64,000 bases of DNA from an uncultured Phycisphaerales bacterium (GCA_963772725.1 CAVYYI010000003.1:128001-192000); one strand, 5' to 3'; positions 1 to 11,343 are shown, numbered from the stretch's first letter. A program made the numbers and translations. Notes: a model not told the origin generated them from the sequence alone.

Positions 1-880
1 CGTTTTGAACCTGCTCTTTTATTCGTTCAATTTGACACTTCATATCAACGACAAGATGTATAATTTCAGTATCGGAAGCCTTGCTGGCAATGGTATTAGC
101 TTCGCGGAGCATTTCCTGTGTGAGAAAATCGAGCCTTCGCCCCGCCGCATGGCCGTCGGTTCGGCAGCTATCGGCGAACTGGTCGAGATGCGATTCCAGC
201 CTGGTCAACTCTTCAGAAATATCCGAGCGGTCAGCGTAAACCGCCACTTCCCTGGCGAGGACTTCTTCATTGAGGTTAAGTTTGGCTTCTATCAGCAGTT
301 CGTCAACTCGTTTTTTAAGTTTTTTCTGATACTCCTGCAAAGCGGTTCCGACACGGGCTTTTATGAGGTCGATGTTCTTTTTCATCACATCGCAATAGCC
401 CATTAAATCGGCTGCGAGAGCGGCACCTTCGGCGGTACGCATTTGCTTAAGCCTTTGCAGCGCCTTTTCAGTAATCTTGAGAATTATTCCTTTGAGCTGC
501 TCGGCCTTTTGTTTATCCGGAGAAACGGGCTGAATAACACCGGGCAGATTAAGCAGGCCGCTCAAATCTATATGACATGGGGCCTTTGCCGATGAGCTTA
601 CCCTGCTTAGTTTGTCAATGTACACAAGGAGCGATTTTTCATCAATATTAAACAATACGTCAGCGGTAATATTCTTAAGCTCAAGAGTACAATCAATCAT
701 TCCTCGGACGAGATTTTTCCGCAGAAGCTGCTCGATATCCGTTTCAAGATAGGCAATGGTATCAGGCAGTTTTACTCTCGCCTTGAAATACCGGCCATTA
801 AGCGCTTTAATTTCGACGGCGTAAGTTATACCGCTGAATTGTCCTTCGGCCTCTCCATAACCGGTCATACTGTTTATCAT
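1..880 (-). CDS. YicC/YloC family endoribonuclease (3' end runs off the window)
   Basis: Manual translation: starts MINSMTGYGE (ATG 880-878), ends ...RIKEQVQN at the window edge; both are YicC hallmarks. Not in the ORF track. Confidence 0.85.
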   Translation of the reverse strand, partial: MINSMTGYGEAEGQFSGITYAVEIKALNGRYFKARVKLPDTIAYLETDIEQLLRKNLVRGMIDCTLELKNITADVLFNIDEKSLLVYIDKLSRVSSSAKAPCHIDLSGLLNLPGVIQPVSPDKQKAEQLKGIILKITEKALQRLKQMRTAEGAALAADLMGYCDVMKKNIDLIKARVGTALQEYQKKLKKRVDELLIEAKLNLNEEVLAREVAVYADRSDISEELTRLESHLDQFADSCRTDGHAAGRRLDFLTQEMLREANTIASKASDTEIIHLVVDMKCQIERIKEQVQN

Positions 881-922
881 ATTGATTTCCTAATAACCCC
901 CCGATAAATCGAGGGTGAACTA

Positions 923-1321
923 TTATTTATTTGTGTCTGTGGTTGTGTTGTCAGTAGGTGCTGGAACTGCGGGAACAACAGGCTTAGGCTGAGGCTGCGG
1001 TTGCGGCTGCTCCATAGGTACGGTCGTTTCCTGCGTTTCGCCAAAATTGCTGACCGTAGGCCTGTAAAATTTAGCCATTATTACCGCAAGAATCAAAAAC
1101 AGGCTGACCAGCGAAATTGTAAACCACGTCAAAAAATCGCCTGTCTTTGCGCCAAGAATGCCGCTTGCCATACCACCGGCAAGGGCGCCGCTGAGGCCGC
1201 CTCCTTTGCCCTTTTGAATCAGGACGATGAGAATCAGCGATAAAGCACTGAGAACAAAAAGAACTGCGATAGCTTTCATTATGAAACCTACTGCCAACAG
1301 CGGTATAAAAGTCATTTCCAT
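923..1321 (-). CDS. secG: preprotein translocase subunit SecG
   Basis: IVLIQKGKGGGLSGA motif, two TM segments, Pro/Gln-rich tail; follows tpiA as usual. Confidence 0.9.
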   Translation of the reverse strand: MEMTFIPLLAVGFIMKAIAVLFVLSALSLILIVLIQKGKGGGLSGALAGGMASGILGAKTGDFLTWFTISLVSLFLILAVIMAKFYRPTVSNFGETQETTVPMEQPQPQPQPKPVVPAVPAPTDNTTTDTNK

Positions 1322-1376
1322 TTTCCTTTCTGATTATATTTCAATAAGCCCGTTTATTTTTTTACATTATTAACAA

Positions 1377-2138
1377 TTATTTTGCGGCTTTAATTATCGC
1401 GAGAAAATCCTCGGCTTTGAGGCTGGCGCCACCAACCAGCAGACCGTCAATATCTTTTTGCGCCATAAGCTCTGCCGCGTTATCCGGTTTGACTGAACCG
1501 CCGTACTGAATGCGGATGCCATCAGCCAATTCACCGCTGTACATCTCTGCAAGAAGGTTCCTGATAAAAGCGTGAACTTCCTGAGCCTGCTGAGGCGTGG
1601 CGGTGAGGCCTGTGCCGATAGCCCAGACCGGCTCATAAGCTATTGTTACTGCTTCGACCTTTTCGCTGGCAAGGCCGGCCAAACCCTTTTTTAACTGCCT
1701 GGTAACAACGGACTGGGTTTTTGAAGCCTTACGTTCCTCAATCAGTTCGCCAACGCAAAGAATGGGTAAAAGTCCGCCTGATATCGCGGCGTGAACTTTT
1801 CTATTTATCAGGTCGTCGGTCTCGCCGATAACATGGCGTCGTTCCGAATGACCGCACAAGACATACGCACAGCCAAGGTCTTTGAGCATCGGCGCACTTA
1901 TTTCACCCGTAAAAGCGCCTTTTTGTTCATAATACATATCCTGCGCACCTACGGCGACGCTGGTGGTACTCAGGGCAGCTATCACAGTCTGTAAATATAC
2001 AAATGGAGGACATACAGCAACATCAACAACATGTCCCGCGATATCAGAGGCTCCATCGGCAATACTTTTTGCCAGCAATACGCTGCTGTGACTGTCGGTA
2101 TTCATCTTCCAGTTGCCTGCCACGAACGGCTTTCTCAT
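1377..2138 (-). CDS. tpiA: triosephosphate isomerase
   Basis: AGNWKMN, GHSERR, AYEPVWAIGTG, LVGGASL. Confidence 0.98.
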   Translation of the reverse strand: MRKPFVAGNWKMNTDSHSSVLLAKSIADGASDIAGHVVDVAVCPPFVYLQTVIAALSTTSVAVGAQDMYYEQKGAFTGEISAPMLKDLGCAYVLCGHSERRHVIGETDDLINRKVHAAISGGLLPILCVGELIEERKASKTQSVVTRQLKKGLAGLASEKVEAVTIAYEPVWAIGTGLTATPQQAQEVHAFIRNLLAEMYSGELADGIRIQYGGSVKPDNAAELMAQKDIDGLLVGGASLKAEDFLAIIKAAK

Positions 2139-2165
2139 AAAAAATCTCCAAAAATAAAATTATAA

Positions 2166-3236
2166 CTAAAGTAATTCTTTCGCACGAGGGAAACTTCCCA
2201 ATATGGAAAGCTGAAGGCAATGTTTGCGAGATTCTTCTATTCCCTTTTGTACGTTTTCATCGTTTCTATGGCCAAGGAAATCGACGAAGAAATAATATTC
2301 CCATTCTCTTTTTTTGCTCGGCCTGGATTCTATATTTGTCAGATTAATGTCGTATTTCTTCAGAATGTCAAGCACGTCGGCCAAAGCGCCTGCTTTATGG
2401 GCAGTGCTGAATAATATGGCGGTCTTATCTTCGCCGGTGGGTTTGGCGTCTTCTTTCGCGACAACCAGAAACCGCGTGATATTATTCGTGATATCCTCGA
2501 TATTGGCACAAATCACTTTCAAGCCATATAGTTCGGCAGCAATGGCAGAGCCAATCGCGGCGGTATTGTCCTCGGCAGCGGCCATCTGGGCGGCCTTTGC
2601 GGTTGACGCCACAGCGATAGTCTGGGCATTTTTAAAAGTCGAGGCCAGCCAGTTTCGGCACTGAGCAAAGACTTCCGGCTTTGAGTAAATCTTCTCGATT
2701 TTATCGAGGGGACAATTGGCCAGCAAGTTGTGATGTATCGCCATTAAGACTTCCGAGCAGATTTTGACGTCTGAATTTATCAGCGCGTCAAATGTTTCGG
2801 TAACGCTGCCGCCGGTAGAATTTTCTATCGGGACAAGACCCAGGTCGCAATGTCCCTTGCTGACTTCGTCGAAAATGCTGGTGATGTCGGCGAGGGGTTC
2901 GTATTCCACGCTCTGGCCGAACTTGAGCAAAGCGGCGTTGTGGCTGAAACTGCCGTCAGGACCGAGATAACCGATTCGCAGAGGCCTTTCGAGAACAAAC
3001 GAGCCGCTCATCAGTTCCCGCCAGATTGCGACGAGGCATCTGTCAGGCAGCGGGCCTTTGTTTGCCGCGACAATTTTCGCGAGTACCTCCTTTTCGCGGT
3101 CGGGGGCATAGATGGGCTTAGCGGTCTTATTTTTCAGCTTGCCTATCTCCACAACGATGCCGGCGCGCTCGTTGAGCATCCGCACAAGTTCGCGGTCAAG
3201 ATTATCAATCTGATTTCTTAATTCTTCGATAGTCAT
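2166..3236 (-). CDS. pheA: chorismate mutase/prephenate dehydratase (P-protein)
   Basis: N-terminal CM domain (LRNQIDNLD, YAPDRE), PIENS, NITRF, ESRPS ACT domain; start taken at MTIEELR. Confidence 0.95.
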   Translation of the reverse strand: MTIEELRNQIDNLDRELVRMLNERAGIVVEIGKLKNKTAKPIYAPDREKEVLAKIVAANKGPLPDRCLVAIWRELMSGSFVLERPLRIGYLGPDGSFSHNAALLKFGQSVEYEPLADITSIFDEVSKGHCDLGLVPIENSTGGSVTETFDALINSDVKICSEVLMAIHHNLLANCPLDKIEKIYSKPEVFAQCRNWLASTFKNAQTIAVASTAKAAQMAAAEDNTAAIGSAIAAELYGLKVICANIEDITNNITRFLVVAKEDAKPTGEDKTAILFSTAHKAGALADVLDILKKYDINLTNIESRPSKKREWEYYFFVDFLGHRNDENVQKGIEESRKHCLQLSILGSFPRAKELL

Positions 3237-3371
3237 AAATAAAATGAAATATTCACACAGACCACTATTGGCCGTTAATGTGAAAATGACTATTATTAAC
3301 ACAGTTTTATGTATAAGTCAATGATTTTGACTGATTTGTGCTAATTTTCCGATAAGAATCGAGTTTATATT

Positions 3372-3896
3372 ATGCAAAAAGCTGTAAAATACGCGTTGTT
3401 CAAGACAAAATGGGGATATTTCGGGCTTGCCGGTGTCGAAAAAGGCCTATTGCGAAGCCATCTGCCCGGAGGGAATAAGGAAACTGTCAGGACAGGTCTT
3501 TTAGTTAACCTGCCATATGCCGAGTATAAGCCGGATTTTTTTAAGCCGGTTCAGGAACTGGTAATCGCATATTTTGAAAGCAAGGCCGTTAATTTCGGGA
3601 TGGATATTCCCGTGCTGCTGGAAGGGATCAGTCAGTTTACCATGCAGGTTTTGACCGCCTGCAGAAAGATACCATCGGGAGAAACGATAAGCTATAAGAA
3701 TTTGGCTAAAAGAATCGGAAAACCTCTCGCGGCAAGGGCTATTGGGGCGGCGATGGCGAAAAACCCGCTGCCTTTGATTATTCCCTGCCATCGGGTTATC
3801 AGAAATGACGGGCAAATGGGCGGCTTCTCCGCTTTCGGTGGAACTGCTTTCAAGAAAAAACTGCTGCTCCACGAAAAATACTACCGCTGTCTTTAG
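3372..3896 (+). CDS. ogt: methylated-DNA-protein-cysteine methyltransferase
   Basis: IPCHRV active-site motif, ARAIGAAMAKNP. Confidence 0.92.
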   Translation: MQKAVKYALFKTKWGYFGLAGVEKGLLRSHLPGGNKETVRTGLLVNLPYAEYKPDFFKPVQELVIAYFESKAVNFGMDIPVLLEGISQFTMQVLTACRKIPSGETISYKNLAKRIGKPLAARAIGAAMAKNPLPLIIPCHRVIRNDGQMGGFSAFGGTAFKKKLLLHEKYYRCL

Positions 3897-4137
3897 AGAG
3901 TTTGGCTTTTTGTTCGCGTGCAACAGTTACTGCATGTTTGGTCATAAGCACTGACTCAACGGTCAGACCCGGACCAAATGCCATTGCTAAAACCGACTCA
4001 TCGACGTTTTTGCTTGGTTCCCGCAGTATCTATCTCAGCACGAACAGGATTGTCGCACTGCTCATATTGCCGTATTGCTTCAAAACCGACCTTGATTTAT
4101 GAAAACAATTGGTCAAATTCAGGGACGCTTCAAGTCT
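3850..4137 (-). pseudogene. C-terminal remnant of a type III polyketide synthase (chalcone-synthase family)
   Basis: Manual translation RLEASLNLTNCFHKSRSVLKQYGNMSSATILFVLR*ILRE...VLAMAFGPGLTVES; in-frame TAG at 4032-4030; no upstream part found. Confidence 0.8.
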
Positions 4138-4302
4138 TTAATTTTTTATTAACCCAACTTTCGCAGTTTGGGCGAAATCGCGATATTGTTTTTAACCGGG
4201 TATCTGTCTGCGGGCAGGTAAACAATTCCGCCGCCGTTTTGTCTGGCCAGGTCAAGGGCTTTGAGAACTCAAACTTAGGGCTTTTATCCTTGCCTTAACC
4301 GG

Positions 4303-6249
4303 CTAACTTTTGCTTGTTTTCAGCTCGTATGCCCTGTAAAGCAGTTCAAGATATTGCTCTTTTTCTTTGACCTGGTCTTGCACCTGGGCGAGCAGTTTAT
4401 AATCTTTATATACTTTTTCATCGCCGAAACTTTCGTGCAATTCTTTAATCTTTGCCTCGGTCTCCTCAATTGCCTGCTCAATCTTTTCCGCCGGCCAGAT
4501 ATTAAATTGTTTTAGTTCCGGCGGGGTTGTCTTTCTCGGTTTATCCTGCTTTGGCCTTTTCGGTCTTGCAGCCTGCTGGCCTGTTTCCTGTTCTAATGCC
4601 CTTTGCTCCAGGAGTTCGGCATATCGGCTGAATGAGCCGTTTATAAACTCAAATTTGCCCGGCGCCGTTTTGCCCAGCTCATCTGCACCGAGCACAATAA
4701 GCCGCTGGGCTGTTCTGTCGAGAAAAAACCTGTCATGACTTACGGCGATGATTGTCCCCGTATAATCCTGAAGCGCATTTTCAAGTGCCTCGATGCTTGG
4801 AATATCAAGGTGATTTGTCGGCTCATCGAGTATAAGAACTTCCGGCTCAGACAAAACCAGTTTGCAAAGCGCCAGCCGATTTCGCTCTCCGCCGCTAAGG
4901 TCCGCCACCTTCTTAAACACATCGTCTTTGAAAAACATAAATGCCCCAAGACGACTGCGCATCTGTTCGGGCAGCATTTCAGGAATAATTGAAGCCGCTT
5001 CTTCAAGCACGGTATTTTCCGGATTCAGTTCTGCTCCTGCCTGGTCAAGATAACCGATGGAAAGGGTTTTCTTAATCTCGATTGTTCCGGATGTCGGCTC
5101 GATTTGTCCAAGGGCAAGTTTCAGCAGCGTCGTTTTACCCATTCCGTTTGGGCCGATGATGCCTGTCCGCTGGCCGGTGAAAAGCTCGAAATTCATATTT
5201 TCAAACAGCGTCAGATTGCCAAAACTCTTCGTAAGATTTTTGCACGCAACACCGTATCCACTCGCTTACCCTTGTTATCCACCTCGGCAAATTTAAAACT
5301 AAGCTCTCGTTCGTGCTTCGGTTTTTCGAGAAAGTCAGGATTGGATTTGAGAAGGTTATCGAGCAGCGTTTGCCTGCCCTGCGCAACTTTTTTCGTTCCT
5401 TTGCGGTTTATGTTGCGTGCAATAAAATCGCGGGTTTTTTCGATGAACTCCACCCGCTGTTCATACTGACGTCCCAGTTCAAGATCGCGTTTTTCCTTTT
5501 CCTGCCTGTAAGTGCTGTAATTGCCCGAGAAAACATCTGCCCTGCGGTCTCTGATTTCCACAATTTTACAGACCAATCTATCGAGCAGAAACCTGTCGTG
5601 GCTGACAATCAGGGCAGCGCCGTCGTAGTTTTTTAAGAATTTTTCAAGCCACAATGTCGCATCCCAGTCGAGATGGTTTGTCGGCTCATCGAGCAGCAGC
5701 AGGTTCGCATCTGCCAGCAGGACTTTTGCAAGTCCCAGCCGCGACAATTGCCCCCCGCTAAGCTGCGTTGTTTTTAATGAATAATGTTTTTCCTCAAGAC
5801 CCAGCCCCGCGGCGATTTCTTTTATTTTCGTTTCATACCTGTAGCCGCCTATAATTTCAAATTCATTGCTCAGCCGGTCGTATTGCTGCATTGCGGATTT
5901 TAATTCGTCGCCGGAAAGTCCGCTTAATGTCTCCGCCGAGTCGTGCAGCCTTTTTTGCAGGTCAAGTATTTCCTGTGCGCTATTGTGCAGTTCTTCGAGA
6001 ACGGTTTTTTCACCGCAAAAAACCGGCTCCTGCGGCAGGTATCCGATTCGCAAGCCCTTTCTTTGCATGAATCTCACCGGAATCCGGCGGCAATATTCCG
6101 AGAATCATTTTCAGCAGCGTGGTTTTTCCGCACCCGTTGCTCCCGATAAGCCCAACCTTCTGGGCGGGGTATATCTTCAAATCGAGCTGGTCAAAAATCA
6201 CCTGCGACCCGAATGATATATGTATATCTTTTAACGTTACTATCGGCAT
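4303..6249 (-). CDS. ABC-F family ATPase (Uup/YheS-like); two apparent frameshifts
   Basis: Three ORF pieces give GSNGCGKTT, LSGGQ, LLDEPTNHLD, GPNGMGKTT, LSGGE, LDEPTNHLD and a coiled-coil tail. Confidence 0.9.
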
Positions 6250-6426
6250 TGAGACATTATACCGGATTTTTATGGTTTGGTGTGAAATGCCCTCCCAAAA
6301 AAACATCTCGGTAAAGAGGTTTATCAAAATCTATGGCGGCAAATCATATAGGATACTGTATAATACTGTAAATGTGTTTTTCTAATCCTCCCTAAAAACG
6401 ATTTAACTTTTGGAGAATTGATACAA

Positions 6427-7533
6427 ATGCCGGATATTGCCAGTGGAATTTTAAAGCTTGATAAAAATGGAACAGGACATTTGGCAGTGTTGAAAGGTCG
6501 CTGCGGTCAAGTCCCAGCGATGTGATTGTGCCTGCACGGCTGATACGGCAGTATAGACTTGCCGAAGGGGCTGTAACGGCTGGTCCATTTAGTGTGGTCA
6601 AGGGCAGGAAAGAATTATCGGCGGTGGAATCGGTATGTGGATTAAAGCCGGAAGAGTTTCAAAAACGCAAGCCTTATAACGACCTTGTCGCGGTGAATCC
6701 GAACAAGCGGTTTAAGCTGGCGGCATGCGGCCAGCGTAGTATGCGGATAATCGACCTTGCGGCGCCGATAGGAAAAGGAACGCGGGGATTGATAATATCA
6801 CCTCCAAAGGCGGGCAAGACGGTGCTGCTTGGACAAATAGCAGATGCCATTATTTATGATGACCCCAAGACGCATGTAATAGTGTTATTGATAGACGAGA
6901 GGCCTGAAGAGGTGACGAGTTTTCGGCGGAAGGTAAAGGGGGCAGAGGTTATGGCAAGCACAATCGACGGAAGCTATCGAGGAGCATATCGCCCTTGCGG
7001 AGTTGATGCTTGCCAATATCAGAATTGAGATCGAATGCGGCAGAGATGTTGTGATTCTTGTGGATAGTCTGACGCGGATGGGCAGATCGTTTAACCGCAG
7101 GGGGTCGGGAACTGGAAGGGTTATGTCGGGCGGAATGGAGGTCGGTGCGATGGAGATACCACGAAGGTTTTTTGGGATGGCACGGAATATCGAGAACGGC
7201 GGGTCGGTTACGATTATTGCAACAATACTGGTCGATACCGGCTCACGGATGGACCAATTGATTTATGAGGAATTTAAAGGGACCGGCAATAGCGAGATAG
7301 TGCTTGACCGTTCGCTTGCGGAGGCGAGGATATTTCCGGCAATAAATGTGGCTGCCAGCGGGACACGAAAGGAAGAATGTCTGTACAGCGAGCAGGATTC
7401 AAGGAAACTTGCTATGATGAGGCGGGTGCTGTCGAGTTATAAACCCAGAGAGGTGATAGAATCGCTGGAGAAGCTGTTGAAAAAATATCCGACCAACGAA
7501 GAATTTCTGCAAAGTCTGTCCGGGGAAAGGTGA
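6427..7533 (+). CDS. rho: transcription termination factor Rho, short form; two apparent frameshifts
   Basis: APIGKGTRGLIISPPKAGKT, LLIDERPEEVT, DSLTR, EEFKGTGNSE, SGTRKEE; likely start MPDIASGIL at 6427. Confidence 0.88.
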
Positions 7534-7542
7534 TGGGCATAA

Positions 7543-7583
7543 CAAAAAAAGAGATAACTCATTGTCTGACAAGGAGTTATCTC
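7543..7583 (-). terminator. intrinsic terminator downstream of tRNA-fMet (between convergent rho and tRNA)
   Basis: GAGATAACTC...GAGTTATCTC inverted repeat followed by a T-tract on the minus strand. Confidence 0.65.
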
Positions 7584-7593
7584 CAGAAATCAA

Positions 7594-7667
7594 TAGCGGG
7601 GGCAGGATTCGAACCTGCGACCTCCGGGTTATGGGCCCGACGAGCTACCAGACTGCTCTACCCCGCG
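7594..7667 (-). tRNA. tRNA-Met(CAT), initiator type
   Basis: CGCGGGGTAGAGCAGTCTGGTAGCTCGTCGGGCCCATAACCCGGAGGTCGCAGGTTCGAATCCTGCCCCCGCTA; GGG/CCC anticodon stem; no encoded CCA. Confidence 0.95.
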
Positions 7668-7679
7668 ATCATTATTCTA

Positions 7680-7707
7680 ATTATACCACCTCAAACTGTT
7701 TATTCAA
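7680..7707 (-). promoter_or_regulatory. sigma70-type promoter of tRNA-fMet
   Basis: TTGAAT-16 nt-TATAAT (TG-extended) 12 nt upstream of the tRNA. Confidence 0.6.
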
Positions 7708-7711
7708 GAAA

Positions 7712-8138
7712 TTAAACCAAACTACAGATTTTTACGGATTTTTTCGGCAATTTTTCCCGCTTCACCGCCCTTATATTTATACGAAGGCCAATGATTAAAA
7801 ACATCGTCTCCGCTTTTCGCGGAATTATATGAAAATGCAGATGCTCGACAACCTGTCCTGCCGCCCTTCCATTATTGCACAAAACATTGTAATCCTCAGC
7901 ATTAACGCCACTAATAACAGCCTCCGCGATTTTGCCCAGACTTTCACCAATCTGACCTAAAAGTTCAGGAGGACATTCGTGCAGTTTTTCAAAATGTCTG
8001 TTTTGGAATTAACAATGTATGACCATCACTGACCGGCCCGACATCCAGAAATGCAACAACAACTTCATCCTCATAAATCTTTGTCGCCGGTATCTGTCCG
8101 GAAACTATCTTACAAAAAATACAATCATCGCTTCCCAT
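7712..8138 (-). CDS. HIT family nucleotide hydrolase; apparent frameshifts
   Basis: Manual translation MGSDDCIFCKIV...AFLDVGPVSDGHTLLIPK...NNGRAAGQVVEHLHFHIIPR (histidine triad). Missing from the ORF track. Confidence 0.9.
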
Positions 8139-8164
8139 TTTACAGATACGCCTGCCAAGCCCGC

Positions 8165-8688
8165 CTATTTCTTATCGGTACCACTGCTACTGCTCTGAGC
8201 TTCAACAGCGGTTTCAGAGTTTTGCTCGGCCTGCTCAGCGATTTCCCTTTTAGCTTTTTTGGTCTTCTTTTCTTCTTTTGCTTTTTGCTCGGCGCCTACC
8301 AGCTGCAGCAGCACAAGCTGGCCGTTATCTCCCAGACGTCTTAAGGACAGATGAATAATTCTCGTATATCCGCCTTTTCTGTCGAGATACCTCTGGCCAA
8401 GCTCACTGAAAAGTTTTCCTATTACTGTGCCTTTTTTTACTATATTGCCGTCTTCCTCGCTGACGATATTACGGTTGCCAAGCATAGCAATAGCCCGGCG
8501 TCTGGCCTGCAACGTACCTTTCTTGGCAACGTAATCAGCTTTTCAGCAAAGCCTTTACTTCTTTGGCCTTTTCAATTGTTGTTGAAATCGTTTCATGCTC
8601 GAAAAGCGAAGCAACCAGATTCCGACGCAACGCCAGACGATGTTACACTCGTTCGACTTAATCGACGCCCTGCTACTCTATGACGCAT
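8165..8688 (-). CDS. rplQ: 50S ribosomal protein bL17; frameshifted
   Basis: MRHRVAGRRLSR start, GGYTRII, RLGDNG; charged C-terminal extension. Confidence 0.92.
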
Positions 8689-8740
8689 ATTTCAAAATCC
8701 TTCTTTACTGCTTAACTGCAAAAACTTTTACCAAAATCAT

Positions 8741-9759
8741 TTACAAAATTAACTCCTGTCCGGTCATCCCAGCGACAAACCGATATCGGCAAGTTTTCTT
8801 CTTATTTCGCGAAGACTGGTTTTGCCGAAACTGCGAATTTTCAGCAAATCGGCCTCTGTCATTTTCACCAGTTGCCCGACCGTTTCAATCTTAACCGATT
8901 CAAGACAGTTGCTGGCTCTGACCGACAATTCCAAGTTCCTGAATCGGCATCTTAAGCTTCTGCAGTCAACTTCTTCATCAACTGTTCCTCTTCTGCCACT
9001 GTATCTTCAGTTTCAACAACCTGTTCGACAACTGTTTCTTCACCAATCGTCGAAATACTGCACAAAAGGATTGATATGCTTGCGAAGAATCTTGGCGGCT
9101 TCGACCAGCGCCATTTCCGGCGTAATCGTGCCATTGGTCCAAATTTCAAGAATCAGTTTATCATAATTGGTACTTTGCCCACACGGGTATTTTCCGTCGT
9201 ATAACGAACTCTGATAACAGGCGAATATACGGCATCAAGAAATATTCTTCCGATTTCCTGCTCAAACCTGTCGCTAGCAGCAATTCGTTCAGAAGCCGGC
9301 ACATAACCCCGGCCATTTTCAACCACCATCTCCATCTCAAAATTGACATTTTCTGTCAAAGTTGCCAATACTAAATCTTTATTTATAATTTCGATCGCAG
9401 GGTCAGCAACTATATCGGCTGCGGTTACAGCACCGCTTTTTTGGCTGTAACCTTCATCGTCTTGGCCCGTCGCCGGTTAAGCCGAACTACAAGATTCTTA
9501 ACATTCAGAACAATATCGGTCACATCTTCCATAACGCCCTTTATAGAGGTAAACTCATGATTTACACCCGCTATTTTAATGGATGTAACAGCACTGCCTT
9601 CCAAAGAGGAAAGCAAAACACGTCTGAGGCTATTGCCAATTGTCGTACCAAAACCACGCTCGAACGGCTCGATAAAAAACCGGCCATATTTATCGTTCGA
9701 AATGTCATATCTTTTTCAACACGCGTCGGTAATTCCAAACCACGCCATGTAATTCGCAT
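8741..9759 (-). CDS. rpoA: RNA polymerase alpha subunit; several apparent frameshifts
   Basis: [44 protein letters not shown]. Confidence 0.93.
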
Positions 9760-9846
9760 ACTGGCCTCCTAAATAAGCGAACATTCAAAGCGAAAAGTCA
9801 TTACCCAAAACATCATGTCTCATCCGCTATTTCAAATTAATTATAA

Positions 9847-10488
9847 TTATCTTGAACAGAACTCCACAACCAACTGTTCCTCAACAGGAATCTGCACATC
9901 ATCTCGTGTCGGCAACGCAACAATCGTGGCCTCGGGTTTTTCACGGTCCAAGCTGCAGCCAGCCCTGAGTCAGTAAAATTCGGATTGCTTTCCAATTGCT
10001 GCTTTATCTTTTTTAACGCTTTTTTCGGAACTTTTCACTGTAATCTTGTCACCAATTTTCACAAGTATAATCGCTAACATCAACCTTTCGGCCATTAACA
10101 TAAATGTGCCCGTGAGCAATCATAACTGCCTTGCGGCCTTGCGCGATGGTGCAAAATTCAGCTTATAAACAACATTGTCCAGCCGTCTTTCCAGCAACTG
10201 CAAGCAATATTTCGCCGGTATTGCCTTTCGCTTCGTTCGGCCTTATGGAAATACCTCATAAACTGATGTTCCAAAAGCCCATAATATCGTTTAACTTTTT
10301 GCTTTTCACGCAGCCGAACACCATAATCGCTTGCCGCTGCCTCTTCTCCAGCCGTGCATACCTGGCGCCAAATTTCGCTGTTTCTTTCTCAATCGGGCAT
10401 TTAGCCGTTTCGCACTGATGCCTTTGAGCATCAGCTTCATGCCTTCGCGACGGCAATGCTTACAAGATGAACCAAGATAACGTCCCAT
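9847..10488 (-). CDS. rpsD: 30S ribosomal protein uS4; frameshifted
   Basis: [16 protein letters not shown] start, VVEFCSR end, position between rpsK and rpoA. Confidence 0.9.
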
Positions 10489-10514
10489 TTTTTCACTTAT
10501 TCTCCAAAAACTTT

Positions 10515-10903
10515 TCAAATTATAACTCTTCTTCGTTTTGGCGGCCTGCAGCCATTATGCGGAATAGGCGTTACATCTTCAATCGAAGATATACGCAGTC
10601 CCGCCTGCTGAAGCGCGGAAATCGCAGATTCACGCCCGGAACCAGGGCCTTTGACTCTGATTTCAACTTCACGAACACCGTTACGCATCGCCGTCACTGC
10701 ACAACTTCTGTGCGGCCTGCTGAGCGGCAAAAGGCGTACTCTTACGAGAACCTTTAAACCCGACACAGCCGGCCGAACTCGAACAAATCGTGTCGCCGTC
10801 CATATCGGTAATCGTAATCAACGTATTATTAAATGTCGCCTTTATATGAACAATCGCCTTGGCAATATTTTTTCTTAACTTTTCGTTTTACACTTTTTGC
10901 CAT
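10515..10903 (-). CDS. rpsK: 30S ribosomal protein uS11; frameshifted
   Basis: [41 protein letters not shown]. Confidence 0.93.
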
Positions 10904-10955
10904 TCTTCAATATCCTCAAGAATATTCAGCTATACTGTTCAACAAATCACGATTC

Positions 10956-11343
10956 TTAACGTACTTCCTTTACGCTCTTCTTGCCCGCCACGGTCTTTCT
11001 CGGGCCTTTACGGTCCTGGCATTGGTCCGCGTACGCTGGCCCCGAACAGGCAATCCTCTCCTATGACGAATACCCCTGATAACAGCCAATATCACGCAAG
11101 TCGTGCAATATTCTGAGAAACCTGCCTGCGAAGCTGGCCGCCTACAACATAATTGCGGTCGATAATCTGAGTTATCCGGCTAAGCTCATCTTCAGTAAGC
11201 TTATTTGCCTTCTTGTTTCTTCTCAATATTGGCTTCTTTCAAAATCTGTTCAGAAGTATATCTGCCTATACCGTGAAACATAAGTCAAGGCAATCCATAT
11301 CGACTTTTTCATTCGGAATATCCACACCAACTATACGCGGCAT
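10956..11343 (-). CDS. rpsM: 30S ribosomal protein uS13; frameshifted
   Basis: [10 protein letters not shown] start, [14 protein letters not shown] C-terminal segment, gene order. Confidence 0.88.

Noticed and set aside
985..1010. Short (GGCTG/GGTTG) tandem repeat
   Set aside because: Encodes the Pro-Gln linker of SecG; ordinary low complexity.
3860..4137. Alternative genetic code (TAG readthrough) suggested by the in-frame TAG in the PKS fragment
   Set aside because: TAG is used as a normal stop in this window (for example tuf, rplK, ogt) and the fragment is also truncated.
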